Of a stretch of 64,000 nucleotides of DNA, positions 1 to 8,439 are shown piece after piece; position 1 is the stretch's first letter; every line of letters begins with the position of its first letter. Under the pieces are notes generated by a model. The model was not told the origin of the DNA, made no database searches, and was given only the letters and a program-made list of their open reading frames with translations. The translations under genes and the position numbers were made by a program. The DNA comes from a virus (taxonomy: Duplodnaviria; Heunggongvirae; Uroviricota; Caudoviricetes), in IMG/VR virus record IMGVR_UViG_3300047202_000060; one strand, written 5' to 3'.

Positions 1-137
1 CTACTGTGGGGGGGGGTTGGACTAGGGTTCTCTGGGGTTCGCTCTGAGATATAACAATTAGTGTTAGTTCGTTAATTAATGATAATGGAACATAAGACTT
101 ATATAGTTGAACCGCGTATTATTCTAGTGGTGTTATC

Positions 138-473
138 ATGTCCTCAGAAAAACAAAAACTCTGGAAGAAAAAAGACTTTCAAGAATACAAAGAAGAATAT
201 AGAAATTACATGAAGAGATATATTCGAGAGTTAAAACATTGGGCTGTCGATAAACTTGGACGAAAATGCTCTGAATGTGGTTTGGTGTCAGAATTTGACT
301 GTGTTTATGATTTCCACCATTTAGAAGAGAATAATAGTTGGAGTAAAGGATTTCAGCGTTCCGCTTCGAATTTGCGGGTCAAAGAACTCTTAAAATGGAA
401 AAAGGCAGACAGTATTCCAGAGGACGTAAAACTTCTTTGTGCTAACTGCCATAGAATTAAACACTCTGATTAA
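138..473 (+). CDS. HNH endonuclease, free-standing, one of only two sizeable plus-strand genes
   Basis: HNH signature DFHHL..N..CANCHRIKH; GGTG 6 nt before ATG; TTATATA box about 33 nt upstream. Confidence 0.6.
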   Translation: MSSEKQKLWKKKDFQEYKEEYRNYMKRYIRELKHWAVDKLGRKCSECGLVSEFDCVYDFHHLEENNSWSKGFQRSASNLRVKELLKWKKADSIPEDVKLLCANCHRIKHSD

Positions 474-487
474 TTAGTCCAGCGCGC

Positions 488-522
488 TATATAAGGGTTT
501 GCCTAGAACGAACGTCCTCAGT
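488..522 (-). promoter_or_regulatory. class I conserved inter-operon element (TATA-like box plus conserved arm), degenerate copy
   Basis: ctatataagggtttgcctagaacgaacgtcctcag; matches consensus cgtccTTATAAAcgtttgcctagaacaccCATGCTCA. Confidence 0.35.
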
Positions 523-538
523 TAATCAACTGATTAAA
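523..538. repeat. 16-bp palindrome TTAATCAACTGATTAA
   Basis: perfect inverted repeat TTAATCA/TGATTAA with 2-nt spacer; one of 17 copies. Confidence 0.6.
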
Positions 539-586
539 ATTCCGCTAAAAACGGGGGTCGCGCCACAACTTTACTGTTCGGAAAAC

Positions 587-823
587 TTAAGTGAAATCTA
601 CTTTAACTTTGTTCGGGTTCCAGAAGGGACAAATACAACCACAAAAGAATAAACGCCCCCCGTTTCCTTTAATTGGGTTCACTATGTCAGATATATGCCC
701 TATGCCTTTAAGATGTTCTGGGTCATCTAGGTTAGGAGATGACTTTGGTTCTGTGCATTTAAAGTGTAACTTTCCAATGTTCTGTCTGTTGCCACAGTTG
801 AAACAACCTTTCTCTTGCGTCAT
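587..823 (-). CDS. small Cys-rich protein with KVKVDFT junction tail
   Basis: ends in junction cassette; CxxC pairs; antisense ORF 591..827 judged spurious. Confidence 0.45.
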   Translation of the reverse strand: MTQEKGCFNCGNRQNIGKLHFKCTEPKSSPNLDDPEHLKGIGHISDIVNPIKGNGGRLFFCGCICPFWNPNKVKVDFT

Positions 824-1281
824 GTGAAGAGCACCTTTTCCTTCCTATTTAAATGTCGTTCTGTCCATTCGTCACATTCACGGTCTATTTGCCGAACGTA
901 GAATATTTCTCCCTTCTCTTTCCAATTCAAGTGAATTTCACCTTTTCTTTTGCGTTAGGGAATCTCTGAGCCTTACAGTCATTATGAAGTCCGTTCGGTA
1001 TGTGAAGAGAAATTAAGCAAAGTTTTCGTGTTCCTATGTCGAAGCTGTGAGGACATTCAGCTTTATCAATACAGCTAGGCAATTTTTGAACTTGTGCTTT
1101 CGTGATTATTGTTATGCTTTCAACCCCTCTCTAAATTGTCCGTGTGCGAACGGTTGACCGTGATGCTCTAGGTTAGGCAGACTTGAATAAACACGCCTAA
1201 GTTTGCGGACGTTCAACGGCAAACCCCCGTAACTTTCCGCTTTGCGAGTTTACGCCGAACCTGTGAGAGTTTTCGCATCTT

Positions 1282-1297
1282 TTAATCATCTGATTAA
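1282..1297. repeat. 16-bp palindrome TTAATCATCTGATTAA
   Basis: inverted repeat copy. Confidence 0.55.
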
Positions 1298-1310
1298 TTG
1301 ATACGTCCCC

Positions 1311-1347
1311 GTCCCTTATAAATCTTTGCCACGAAAGACCGTTCTCG
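1311..1347 (-). promoter_or_regulatory. class I element copy overlapping 3' end of ORF 1316..1564
   Basis: gtcccttataaatctttgccacgaaagaccgttctcg; encodes the C-terminal VFRGKDL-stop of that ORF. Confidence 0.35.
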
Positions 1348-1564
1348 AAATACCGTTTTGTATCGTACAACTCACAAGTTTAAGCCCATATTCAGCTTCT
1401 AATTGCCTAGCCCTCTTCATTACGCCGTCCTTATAGGTTTTCACGCCTAGAATGAGCAGACAGTCTTTCATCCATCCCTCATAAACTATTAAGTTTTCCC
1501 CCTCGATTTTAGTCCCGAATCCTATACGCTCAAGTTTGCGCGCCAGCTTTGCCAAATCCGTCAT
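1316..1564 (-). CDS. hypothetical protein
   Basis: 82-aa ORF, start overlaps stop of upstream gene (ATGA). Confidence 0.5.
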   Translation of the reverse strand: MTDLAKLARKLERIGFGTKIEGENLIVYEGWMKDCLLILGVKTYKDGVMKRARQLEAEYGLKLVSCTIQNGISRTVFRGKDL

Positions 1565-1791
1565 GTAAACGCCACCTTTTCTTCTAATATCCGATTAGCC
1601 CAAGAGTTAAACTCTCTATGCCACATTTCGTCTGAAATTAACTGTGGATTTTCTTTCCAATGTGGAAAAACTTTATGATGTTGTTTTTGCCACTTTTCAG
1701 CGTGTTTTCCGCATAAAAAGATGAGAGGATTAGCAGAAAATCTTTCACCTTCATTATTACAGAAAAAACATTTTGTAAAAGTGTTAATCAT
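1561..1791 (-). CDS. small Zn-binding protein, EKVAFT tail
   Basis: CFFCNN...LCGKH cysteine pairs; junction cassette at 3' end. Confidence 0.55.
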   Translation of the reverse strand: MINTFTKCFFCNNEGERFSANPLIFLCGKHAEKWQKQHHKVFPHWKENPQLISDEMWHREFNSWANRILEEKVAFT

Positions 1792-2006
1792 GTAAAATCA
1801 ACCTTCTCAGGCGTTGTGTATTTCACCTTTCGAATTATGTCCGCATGGGTAAAATATTTCATACATTCTTTTTTTGCCACACACACGGTAAAAACGTCTG
1901 GGACTGTTGAAACTGATTCAATTTTTAGTATTGTGCCTACGGGAACGTAAGGGTTATCTGATTTAAGTAACCTAACGTAATCGCCAGCTTTTAGCGTTTG
2001 ATTCAA
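1788..2006 (-). CDS. hypothetical protein, TTG start, EKVDFT tail
   Basis: TTGA overlap with upstream stop; junction cassette at both ends. Confidence 0.55.
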   Translation of the reverse strand: MNQTLKAGDYVRLLKSDNPYVPVGTILKIESVSTVPDVFTVCVAKKECMKYFTHADIIRKVKYTTPEKVDFT

Positions 2007-2314
2007 GTGAAATCAACCTTTTCGGGTTTTACTTTTGTTTTCCAATTCGGGTGAGCCTTTAAGAAGTCAAAAACAGAAGCGCACCATCTAGGCAAATTTT
2101 CTGCAAATACACACGGAATTAACTTATCTCTGTTCTCTCTGGGGCTAATCGGGAGTTTCCTATAATCTTCCCATTTTGGAACACATTTTTTGACTCGTTT
2201 GCAATGCAAACAACAGAGGGTATTTGAATGAGAACACATCTTCGTGTCCGTAGGTTCATTATCGAAGAATCCGCTATTGCATGGTTTGATAAATTTCGGC
2301 TCTTTTTCAGTCAT
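2003..2314 (-). CDS. Cys-rich hypothetical protein, EKVDFT tail
   Basis: multiple C/H pairs; junction cassettes at 2003 and 2311. Confidence 0.55.
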   Translation of the reverse strand: MTEKEPKFIKPCNSGFFDNEPTDTKMCSHSNTLCCLHCKRVKKCVPKWEDYRKLPISPRENRDKLIPCVFAENLPRWCASVFDFLKAHPNWKTKVKPEKVDFT

Positions 2315-2471
2315 GTGAACGTCACTTTTTCCTTCGTCCGTTTGACCTCTTCGACTGTCAGAATGCCCCCTTCGTCCATTGCGTTCGAAAGGAGAACGTC
2401 CCGAACGTCATTCTCGCTAGGGGGGTCATCCCCTTCGTATGTGACTAGGAACCTTTTCTTTGCCATATTTA

Positions 2472-2834
2472 TCACCTATTCCAATAAACCTCTCTCATAG
2501 TGTTTCCGATTCGTTTTATATCATCATAAGTTTTCACGTTGAACGAAAAACTTCCATCTTTGTTTTGTTTGACTAGAATCAAAATGCCCCCTTCTTGCAA
2601 ACGATTAACTTGATGAATCCTAAGTTGGGAAAATCCCCCAAATTCTTTTTTAGCTTCAACCGTGAATAATTCGCCCTCTTCTTGAATCCAAAAGTCACAG
2701 CCTAGATTCTTTTTATTTCTAAGTTTTCCATTGATGTCCGCGTATGTTTTGCCGTCATTATATTCGTCAATAACAGTAAAGCCTAGCTCTTTACACCAAT
2801 TTTTCGCAGGGTCGGTTGACTTGTCATTTTGCAT
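2472..2834 (-). CDS. hypothetical protein
   Basis: 120-aa ORF with normal composition; degenerate class I-like element TTTAGGACGCG 10 nt upstream. Confidence 0.5.
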   Translation of the reverse strand: MQNDKSTDPAKNWCKELGFTVIDEYNDGKTYADINGKLRNKKNLGCDFWIQEEGELFTVEAKKEFGGFSQLRIHQVNRLQEGGILILVKQNKDGSFSFNVKTYDDIKRIGNTMREVYWNR

Positions 2835-2867
2835 TTTTATCGCGTCCTAAATCGACTAAGTTTTCCC

Positions 2868-3356
2868 TCATAGGTTTTCGATTAATTCTTTTGCTTTCTC
2901 TTTGTCTTTCATTCGTGCAAAAAAGTGAATTGTTCTATGGCATTTCCAGCAAAGAGGAACGAAATCCTTTATATGTTTGAAGGTGTAATATGGGTGTTCA
3001 ACGTGTGGTTTGCCGTGTATTTCGTGATATTCAATAGTGTGGGTTCTTCCAAATAAATTGCCCTCTTCGTTACACAAAACGCAAGTTTTTCCCAAAATTT
3101 CTACAACCATAATTCGATATTTTTCCCTTCTACCTTTGAGATATTGAAGGTTTGCTTTTCGGTATTCTGGGTTATTTGCCATTTTTTCAAGTCGGGTTTG
3201 AGTCAATTTCTTATAACGGTCTTTGTGTTTTTGGTAATAGTCTTTTCGGTAGTCTAACATTCTTTGTTTATTCTTTTGGTAATAGTCTGCCGAATATTTC
3301 CTCATATATTTGGGGTCTTTGCGTATTCCTGTTTTCGTCATTTTGATGAACCTCAT
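2868..3356 (-). CDS. HNH endonuclease family A with YYQKHK basic repeats
   Basis: VLCNEEG...YHEIHGKPH...DFVPLCWKCHRTIH; repeat N-terminus RKDYYQKHKDRYKK. Confidence 0.65.
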   Translation of the reverse strand: MRFIKMTKTGIRKDPKYMRKYSADYYQKNKQRMLDYRKDYYQKHKDRYKKLTQTRLEKMANNPEYRKANLQYLKGRREKYRIMVVEILGKTCVLCNEEGNLFGRTHTIEYHEIHGKPHVEHPYYTFKHIKDFVPLCWKCHRTIHFFARMKDKEKAKELIENL

Positions 3357-3393
3357 ATTATATAGTGTTAGTTCATCTATTTAAGTCTTTCGG

Positions 3394-4086
3394 TTATTCG
3401 TCTTTGTCCTTTGCTTTTGCCTTTGCCTTTTGGGCTTTTTGTTCAGTTAAGAATGCTTCCACGCTTCCATTGAGTTCATCGAGCATATTTACGGTGTCTA
3501 GCATTTCGTTATAGCGTTCGTGTCCCTTCATGCTCTCAATATGACTGTTGCAAATTTCTACTGCCTTTCTACATCTCCACAACGTACTCTGAGCCATGCG
3601 TTTGTCTTTCACTCCGTCCTCTGCCATCTTTACGTGTTCCATTATGAAGTTTAGAATGAACTCTGCTTTCTTGTCCTTATAGTTTTCGAAGCCCTCTGGG
3701 GTCGTGAAAATCGGTATGATACGAATACGAGAATCAATATCATCAAACCCTTTTGTTTTCGCTTGAGCCTTTATCCCCTCAATTTCGGCAACTGCAATAT
3801 CCAACTTATCTCCATTCAAAAACCAAGATGACTCAAGATGTTTTACCGCATCAAGTTTGAACTTTAAGGTAAAGGCAATTTTGTTTCTGATAACCCTAGC
3901 CAACTTATTGAACCGTTCGTTTGCATCTCTTTGTTCTTTTGTCAACTTTTTCTTTTGTGCGTCTGTGAGATAGTGCTCACTATAAAGGTCATATTCCAGA
4001 CTCCAAATCGTGGAGCCATAAAGACCTAATTGTTCGAGTGCTTTCTCATCGATTATTAGCTTGTTCGACTTTTTCTGTTCAGACAT
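3394..4086 (-). CDS. hypothetical coiled-coil protein with KAKAKAKDKDE tail
   Basis: 230-aa ORF with normal composition. Confidence 0.5.
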   Translation of the reverse strand: MSEQKKSNKLIIDEKALEQLGLYGSTIWSLEYDLYSEHYLTDAQKKKLTKEQRDANERFNKLARVIRNKIAFTLKFKLDAVKHLESSWFLNGDKLDIAVAEIEGIKAQAKTKGFDDIDSRIRIIPIFTTPEGFENYKDKKAEFILNFIMEHVKMAEDGVKDKRMAQSTLWRCRKAVEICNSHIESMKGHERYNEMLDTVNMLDELNGSVEAFLTEQKAQKAKAKAKDKDE

Positions 4087-4099
4087 ATTTGTTCACTAA

Positions 4100-4115
4100 T
4101 TAATCATATGATTAA
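4100..4115. repeat. 16-bp palindrome TTAATCATATGATTAA
   Basis: inverted repeat copy flanking class I element. Confidence 0.55.
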
Positions 4116-4119
4116 CCGA

Positions 4120-4152
4120 CTTATAAAGTTTTCCTAAGAAACTCTATGCTCA
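4120..4152 (-). promoter_or_regulatory. class I element copy overlapping 3' end of HNH gene
   Basis: cttataaagttttcctaagaaactctatgctca; encodes NEHRVS-stop of HNH 4134..4814. Confidence 0.4.
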
Positions 4153-4814
4153 TTTAGTTCATTAATCATTTGATTAACTAATTTGAATATTTCTTCCTTC
4201 TTCTTATTGCCCAAGTTCAAAAGATAATGAGTAACATTATGACATCTACAGCATAGAGGTATAAAATCTTCTAAATGCCTCATAATGTAAGCGTAAGTGT
4301 AAGTATGAAGTTTTCCATGAATCTCATGGTAATGAATTATTCTTTTTGAATTACCACAAATCGAACAAATTTTTCCCAATTTTATTTGAACAATATTTTT
4401 CTGTTCTGAATGGTGTTCTCTTTGATATTTTTCTATTCTTTCTTTGTTTTTTCGATTATATTCTTTCTCGTATTCTTTATGTTCCAGATGCCACATTCTA
4501 CTTCTTTCCTTAGCCTTTTCTCTATGTACTTCTCGATATTGTTTAGCCCATTTATTTATTTGGTTTTTGTGTTGTTCATAATATTCTTTTTTTTGTTGTT
4601 TTACTTCTGGGAGTTGTCGGCGTTCTTTCTCACGGTTAAGAATTTTCTCACGATTTTTCTCATAATATCCTTTGCTTCTATTTCTTTCTTGTTCCAGATG
4701 TTCAAGACGATATTGTTTGGCGTATTCTTTATGTTGTTCCTTATGGGTTTGATTATATTGTTTACCATATTGTTTCATATATTGTTTTTCTTGCGTTGAA
4801 TCCTTATACGGCAT
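4134..4814 (-). CDS. HNH endonuclease family A with long K/Y/H-rich repeat N-terminus
   Basis: ICSICG...YHEIHGKLH...DFIPLCCRCHNVTH; start moved from 4844 to the Met 34 nt downstream of TTATAAA box at about 4849. Confidence 0.6.
   Translation of the reverse strand: MPYKDSTQEKQYMKQYGKQYNQTHKEQHKEYAKQYRLEHLEQERNRSKGYYEKNREKILNREKERRQLPEVKQQKKEYYEQHKNQINKWAKQYREVHREKAKERSRMWHLEHKEYEKEYNRKNKERIEKYQREHHSEQKNIVQIKLGKICSICGNSKRIIHYHEIHGKLHTYTYAYIMRHLEDFIPLCCRCHNVTHYLLNLGNKKKEEIFKLVNQMINELNEHRVS
4162..4177. repeat. 16-bp palindrome TTAATCATTTGATTAA (inside HNH 3' coding region, encodes NQMIN)
   Basis: inverted repeat copy. Confidence 0.5.
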
Positions 4815-4846
4815 TCGACTCACCACTAATATAGAACAACACACTC

Positions 4847-4870
4847 ACTTATAAACCTTTCGGTTTGGCT
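4847..4870 (-). promoter_or_regulatory. TATA/BRE-like promoter (cacTTATAAAcctttcggtttgg variant)
   Basis: same variant recurs at 11264 and 15588 upstream of HNH-B genes. Confidence 0.4.
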
Positions 4871-4902
4871 TAACAAAAAAAGAGAAAATAACTGTGGTTG
4901 GT

Positions 4903-5061
4903 TTATGGAATTTCAACTAAAGGGGCATAAACACTTTGATTATATGTATATTTTTTGCCACATTTATTGCATTTCCACTCAACCCAAGTAAAGTGCATTT
5001 TCCGTTCTAATTCATTTCCACAGTTTGGGCATTGCTTATGTTTAATAGCAAAAACTGCCAT
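4903..5061 (-). CDS. small Zn-ribbon protein (52 aa), missed by the 60-aa ORF cutoff
   Basis: MAVFAIKHKQCPNCG...CNKCGKKY; downstream of class I element at 5109. Confidence 0.35.
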   Translation of the reverse strand: MAVFAIKHKQCPNCGNELERKMHFTWVEWKCNKCGKKYTYNQSVYAPLVEIP

Positions 5062-5108
5062 TGGGTTATCCTTCTTGTTTAATTACTATAATTACTATAT
5101 CGCCGACC

Positions 5109-5141
5109 TATATAAAGTTTTGCCCAGAACTACCATGTTCA
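5109..5141 (-). promoter_or_regulatory. class I element copy
   Basis: tatataaagttttgcccagaactaccatgttca, directly after stop of 5143..5436. Confidence 0.4.
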
Positions 5142-5142
5142 T

Positions 5143-5436
5143 TTAATCGGAACCGCAAAGAACACAAGATTTTCCTAGTAACTCGATAACTTTTTGTCTA
5201 AGTTTCAGTCTTGCGTCCTTCCTTCTTTTTACTAATTCTGGGTTCTTCCTTCGCTCTCGTTCTTGTTCTCTTTTGTATTTTTGCATTTTAGGCAAATCTT
5301 TGTAATAAAGTCTATGATGATTTTTGTTTGTTAATTCTTTTCGACATTTTTCAGAACAAACCCTTTGTGTGTTCGATATTTTAGGAAAAATCCTATTACA
5401 TCTCGGACAATAACCATATCCATAATGGTTTCTCAA
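5143..5436 (-). pseudogene. truncated HNH-family paralog: Zn ribbon plus basic repeat retained, nuclease core missing
   Basis: same N-terminal architecture as 31404..31958 and 41223..41687, stops right after LLGKSCVLCGSD where the HNH core would begin. Confidence 0.4.
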
Positions 5437-6701
5437 AGTGGTTCACCACACGGTTTGATATTTTTCTCTCTAAGTTTTTGTTTTTTTTCGGCGATAATTT
5501 TTAGAATCTTATCTTTCTTTTCATTCTTCAATCTATTCTTTAGCGAAGAGAAAACTTTGTGATGAACTTCATAATCCAAATCAAGTTCTTTCAAAGCCTC
5601 AGTTGTTTTTTTGCTCGGATTTAAAAGAATATATTCCTTCATTTTCAAATAAGGGGTTTCACCTTTGCCCCCGATGTCTATTCCTTCCTCTTTAATTATT
5701 TTTTCTAAACCATAATTTTGCATTATGGCATTAAAGAATCTCGGATAATAGTTTTGTAACCATTCAAGATAACCGCTTTGTCTAGCTTGAGGACACGACC
5801 AACAGCCCGTTCGAATCTGATAAAATGTTCCACTATTCAGCTTATAGAATCCCGTTTTTTCACAATTCGTGTTAGCATAAAGTTTGTTATAGTGAAACTT
5901 CATTAACCATTGAAATTTCCAAACATCTTCAATTGTCCAATATGCAATAGGATAAGCACGAAACATTTTATGAGTTTTTGAATAGAAATAACTTCCTCTA
6001 CTGTAAATGAGAGATGACCTATACATATTTTCTTCGAGTCTTAATCCCAGAATTGCAACGTCATAATGCTTAGTAATTTGTTTCATAGGTTTCTTTTTAA
6101 GCAGATAACAACATTTCAAAGTTGCGGTAGATTTTTCTTTTGAGGCAGACGCACGACTGTAAAGAGGCAAACCATATTTTTGAACTACTGTCCTAAATGA
6201 AATACCCCTCTCAGGTGTCGCTCTGATAATTTTGACCCCTAACTCACTTTCTAATTCTTGAATCCTCTTTCGCGTTTCTGGAAATTCCACTAGAGTATCG
6301 CCCCAGATAACTTGAACCCGTTCGTCTATTATTGCGTCTTTGAAAAGTTGCACACAACATTCGCTGTCTATGCCCCCAGAATAAGCGATATAGATTTTCT
6401 TTCCTTTGTTTTCGTCAAGAATCTTTTGAACAAGAGTTTTAGAAAAACAGTATTTCTCTTCGAATGTAGAAGCAAACAGCTTTTTCCGCGCGTCAATTTT
6501 TTCGTGATATTTTTTATTGCCACAAACACAAGTCTGATAAGAATGTTGACAGTCTTTGCACACGGGGACATCTGAATATTCAAGTCCCTCTCTTTTTAAG
6601 AATCCTCTTCTTTCGGAATTATTCATTTTATGATAATTTGACTGAATCCAAAAATCCTTTTTGCCTTTCCAATTTATCCGTTCGTCTTTCCAGCTAGACA
6701 T
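5433..6701 (-). CDS. PP-loop ATP pyrophosphatase, PAPS-reductase/DndC-like family, with N-terminal Cys cluster
   Basis: SGGIDS PP-loop motif in IAYSGGIDSECCVQ; CKDCQHSYQTCVCG N-terminal; 422 aa. Confidence 0.6.
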   Translation of the reverse strand: MSSWKDERINWKGKKDFWIQSNYHKMNNSERRGFLKREGLEYSDVPVCKDCQHSYQTCVCGNKKYHEKIDARKKLFASTFEEKYCFSKTLVQKILDENKGKKIYIAYSGGIDSECCVQLFKDAIIDERVQVIWGDTLVEFPETRKRIQELESELGVKIIRATPERGISFRTVVQKYGLPLYSRASASKEKSTATLKCCYLLKKKPMKQITKHYDVAILGLRLEENMYRSSLIYSRGSYFYSKTHKMFRAYPIAYWTIEDVWKFQWLMKFHYNKLYANTNCEKTGFYKLNSGTFYQIRTGCWSCPQARQSGYLEWLQNYYPRFFNAIMQNYGLEKIIKEEGIDIGGKGETPYLKMKEYILLNPSKKTTEALKELDLDYEVHHKVFSSLKNRLKNEKKDKILKIIAEKKQKLREKNIKPCGEPL

Positions 6702-6737
6702 TTTCTAATCACCCGTTGATAAATAAGAATACAAACG

Positions 6738-6763
6738 AGTATTTAAAGGTTATGGTTTGAACC
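6738..6763 (-). promoter_or_regulatory. class II promoter element (aaccataaccTTTAAATA in gene orientation)
   Basis: gagtatttaaaggttatggtttgaacc; GGGTGAT SD 6 nt before ATG at 6701. Confidence 0.4.
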
Positions 6764-6923
6764 CCAAATATTCTAATTCTTCGGGGGAATATTGTTTTAG
6801 CCATTTTTTAAAATGACGTTTAGCGTGACAATTTTTGTCAAGTAAAATAATTTCACCATTCAAATATCTTGTTTGAATGTTTTCAAAGTTCTCAACTCCA
6901 ATAAAAAGGGGTAGTTTTGGGTT

Positions 6924-7820
6924 TTAGCTCTCTTCCTTCTGCTTTTTCAGCTTCTCGACATCTATCTCGTCCGAATCTTCGAAGAAGCTACGGAACAGGT
7001 TCCTTTCCTCTTTTGCGGTGTAAAGTGAGCTTGCAATGTCTATGATGTCCTCTTCCGACATCTTTGCTTTATAGAGTTTGCCGTAGTTTATTAGGTTTCC
7101 TGTCGTGAGGGGCGTTCGAAGTTTTCCGTTCTCGTATTCGGTTCGGGTCTTTTTGCCAATTTCAACGAACTTCGATGCAAATTCGTATGCTTTGCCATCA
7201 TTGCCAGCGAATTTCTTTATCAAATCACGCTCTTTCTGGGGGCTAAGGTAGTCAATTATCAAACCTTCGAAGCGTCTAATCGTTGCAATGTTTTCGATGA
7301 ACGTCCCAGAGTAGCCCGATTTTTCGCTAGGGTTATACGAGATGACTAGGTAGTGCTGTGCTGTGCGCTGAAATTCCTTCTTGTATTCTGGAATCCAGAC
7401 CGAACCCCTAAAGTCCGCTAGGCTTTCCAGAAGTGAAATTATCGATGGTTCCGCATAGTTGAACCCGTCTATGTAAAGTAAACCCTTCGGCGAATTGAGC
7501 CATTGAATTATTATTCCTTCTCTTGTTTCCGTGTTGCCTTTGCTCAATGTGTCACACGCCAGCAAATCCCATTTTGTCACATCTCTCGTGAGCACAATTT
7601 CGAAAAGTGGAACCTCTAACAACTCTGCCAATTTATGAACCAAAGTTGTTTTGCCCGTCCCCGTTTCGCCGACTAATCGCAAGTTTCCGACAACCTCAAG
7701 AATCGCCCGTGACTTTTCAATGTAGTTATGTTCGTCCACGAACTCTATGCCTTTGACGTAGATGCCAGCACCTTCAAGTGCTGATTCAACCTTCGCATGG
7801 ATTTTTTCAAATTCAGACAT
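6924..7820 (-). CDS. MoxR/CobS-like AAA+ ATPase
   Basis: Walker A GETGTGKTT; AAA_5-like layout; paired with the vWA gene upstream. Confidence 0.7.
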   Translation of the reverse strand: MSEFEKIHAKVESALEGAGIYVKGIEFVDEHNYIEKSRAILEVVGNLRLVGETGTGKTTLVHKLAELLEVPLFEIVLTRDVTKWDLLACDTLSKGNTETREGIIIQWLNSPKGLLYIDGFNYAEPSIISLLESLADFRGSVWIPEYKKEFQRTAQHYLVISYNPSEKSGYSGTFIENIATIRRFEGLIIDYLSPQKERDLIKKFAGNDGKAYEFASKFVEIGKKTRTEYENGKLRTPLTTGNLINYGKLYKAKMSEEDIIDIASSLYTAKEERNLFRSFFEDSDEIDVEKLKKQKEES

Positions 7821-7852
7821 TTTTATTACCTATCTGAGTATAACGTCCGCGT

Positions 7853-7890
7853 CCTTAATAAACCTTTGCACAGAAAGTACGTGTTCATTC
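7853..7890 (-). promoter_or_regulatory. class I element copy (TTAATAAA variant)
   Basis: ccttaataaacctttgcacagaaagtacgtgttcattc; box about 34 nt upstream of ATG 7820. Confidence 0.4.
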
Positions 7891-7893
7891 AAG

Positions 7894-7909
7894 TTAATCA
7901 TCTGATTAA
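7894..7909. repeat. 16-bp palindrome TTAATCATCTGATTAA
   Basis: inverted repeat copy. Confidence 0.55.
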
Positions 7910-7958
7910 AATTCCAGAAAAATCGAGTTCCGCCGAACCGCAAGTTGCCCTAAAAAAC

Positions 7959-8393
7959 TTAGATAGTCTTTTGTTTTACAAATTCTTGAATTTCGTTTAA
8001 TTCCATTTTACAAATCTGATGAAGAAAGTGAAAACCTTTATGGCAAATATGGCAGAGAGGAATAAAATCCTCTTTGTGGTTTGCATAATACGATAAGCTA
8101 ATCGGGTGTTTTTTCCAATGAATTTCGTGAAGCATTAACCCCTGTTTCGAATCACATGATAAACACTTATCTGGAAATAATGCTTTTACCTTTTCACGAA
8201 ATAGCTTTTTCCTTTTGGATTCTTTTTCACGATTTTTTGAATAGTATGTTTGGTTTCTAAGTTTTCCAGCTTCGTGATTTTCTACGTAGTTGTTTCTGTG
8301 TCTTGCGTTTATTTTTTCTTTGTTTCGTGCGTGATAATCTCTTTGGGCTTTCCTTTGTTTTTCTTTGTCTTTATATGGCAATTCCATCACCAC
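7959..8393 (-). CDS. HNH endonuclease family A
   Basis: CLSCDS...LHEIHWKKH...DFIPLCHICHKGFH; basic N-terminus. Confidence 0.65.
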   Translation of the reverse strand: MVMELPYKDKEKQRKAQRDYHARNKEKINARHRNNYVENHEAGKLRNQTYYSKNREKESKRKKLFREKVKALFPDKCLSCDSKQGLMLHEIHWKKHPISLSYYANHKEDFIPLCHICHKGFHFLHQICKMELNEIQEFVKQKTI

Positions 8394-8417
8394 AACCTTT
8401 ATATAATACTATTCTAC

Positions 8418-8439
8418 TATTTAAAGGTTATGGTTTGGC
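8418..8439 (-). promoter_or_regulatory. class II promoter element
   Basis: ctatttaaaggttatggtttggc, 25 nt upstream of ATG 8393. Confidence 0.4.
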
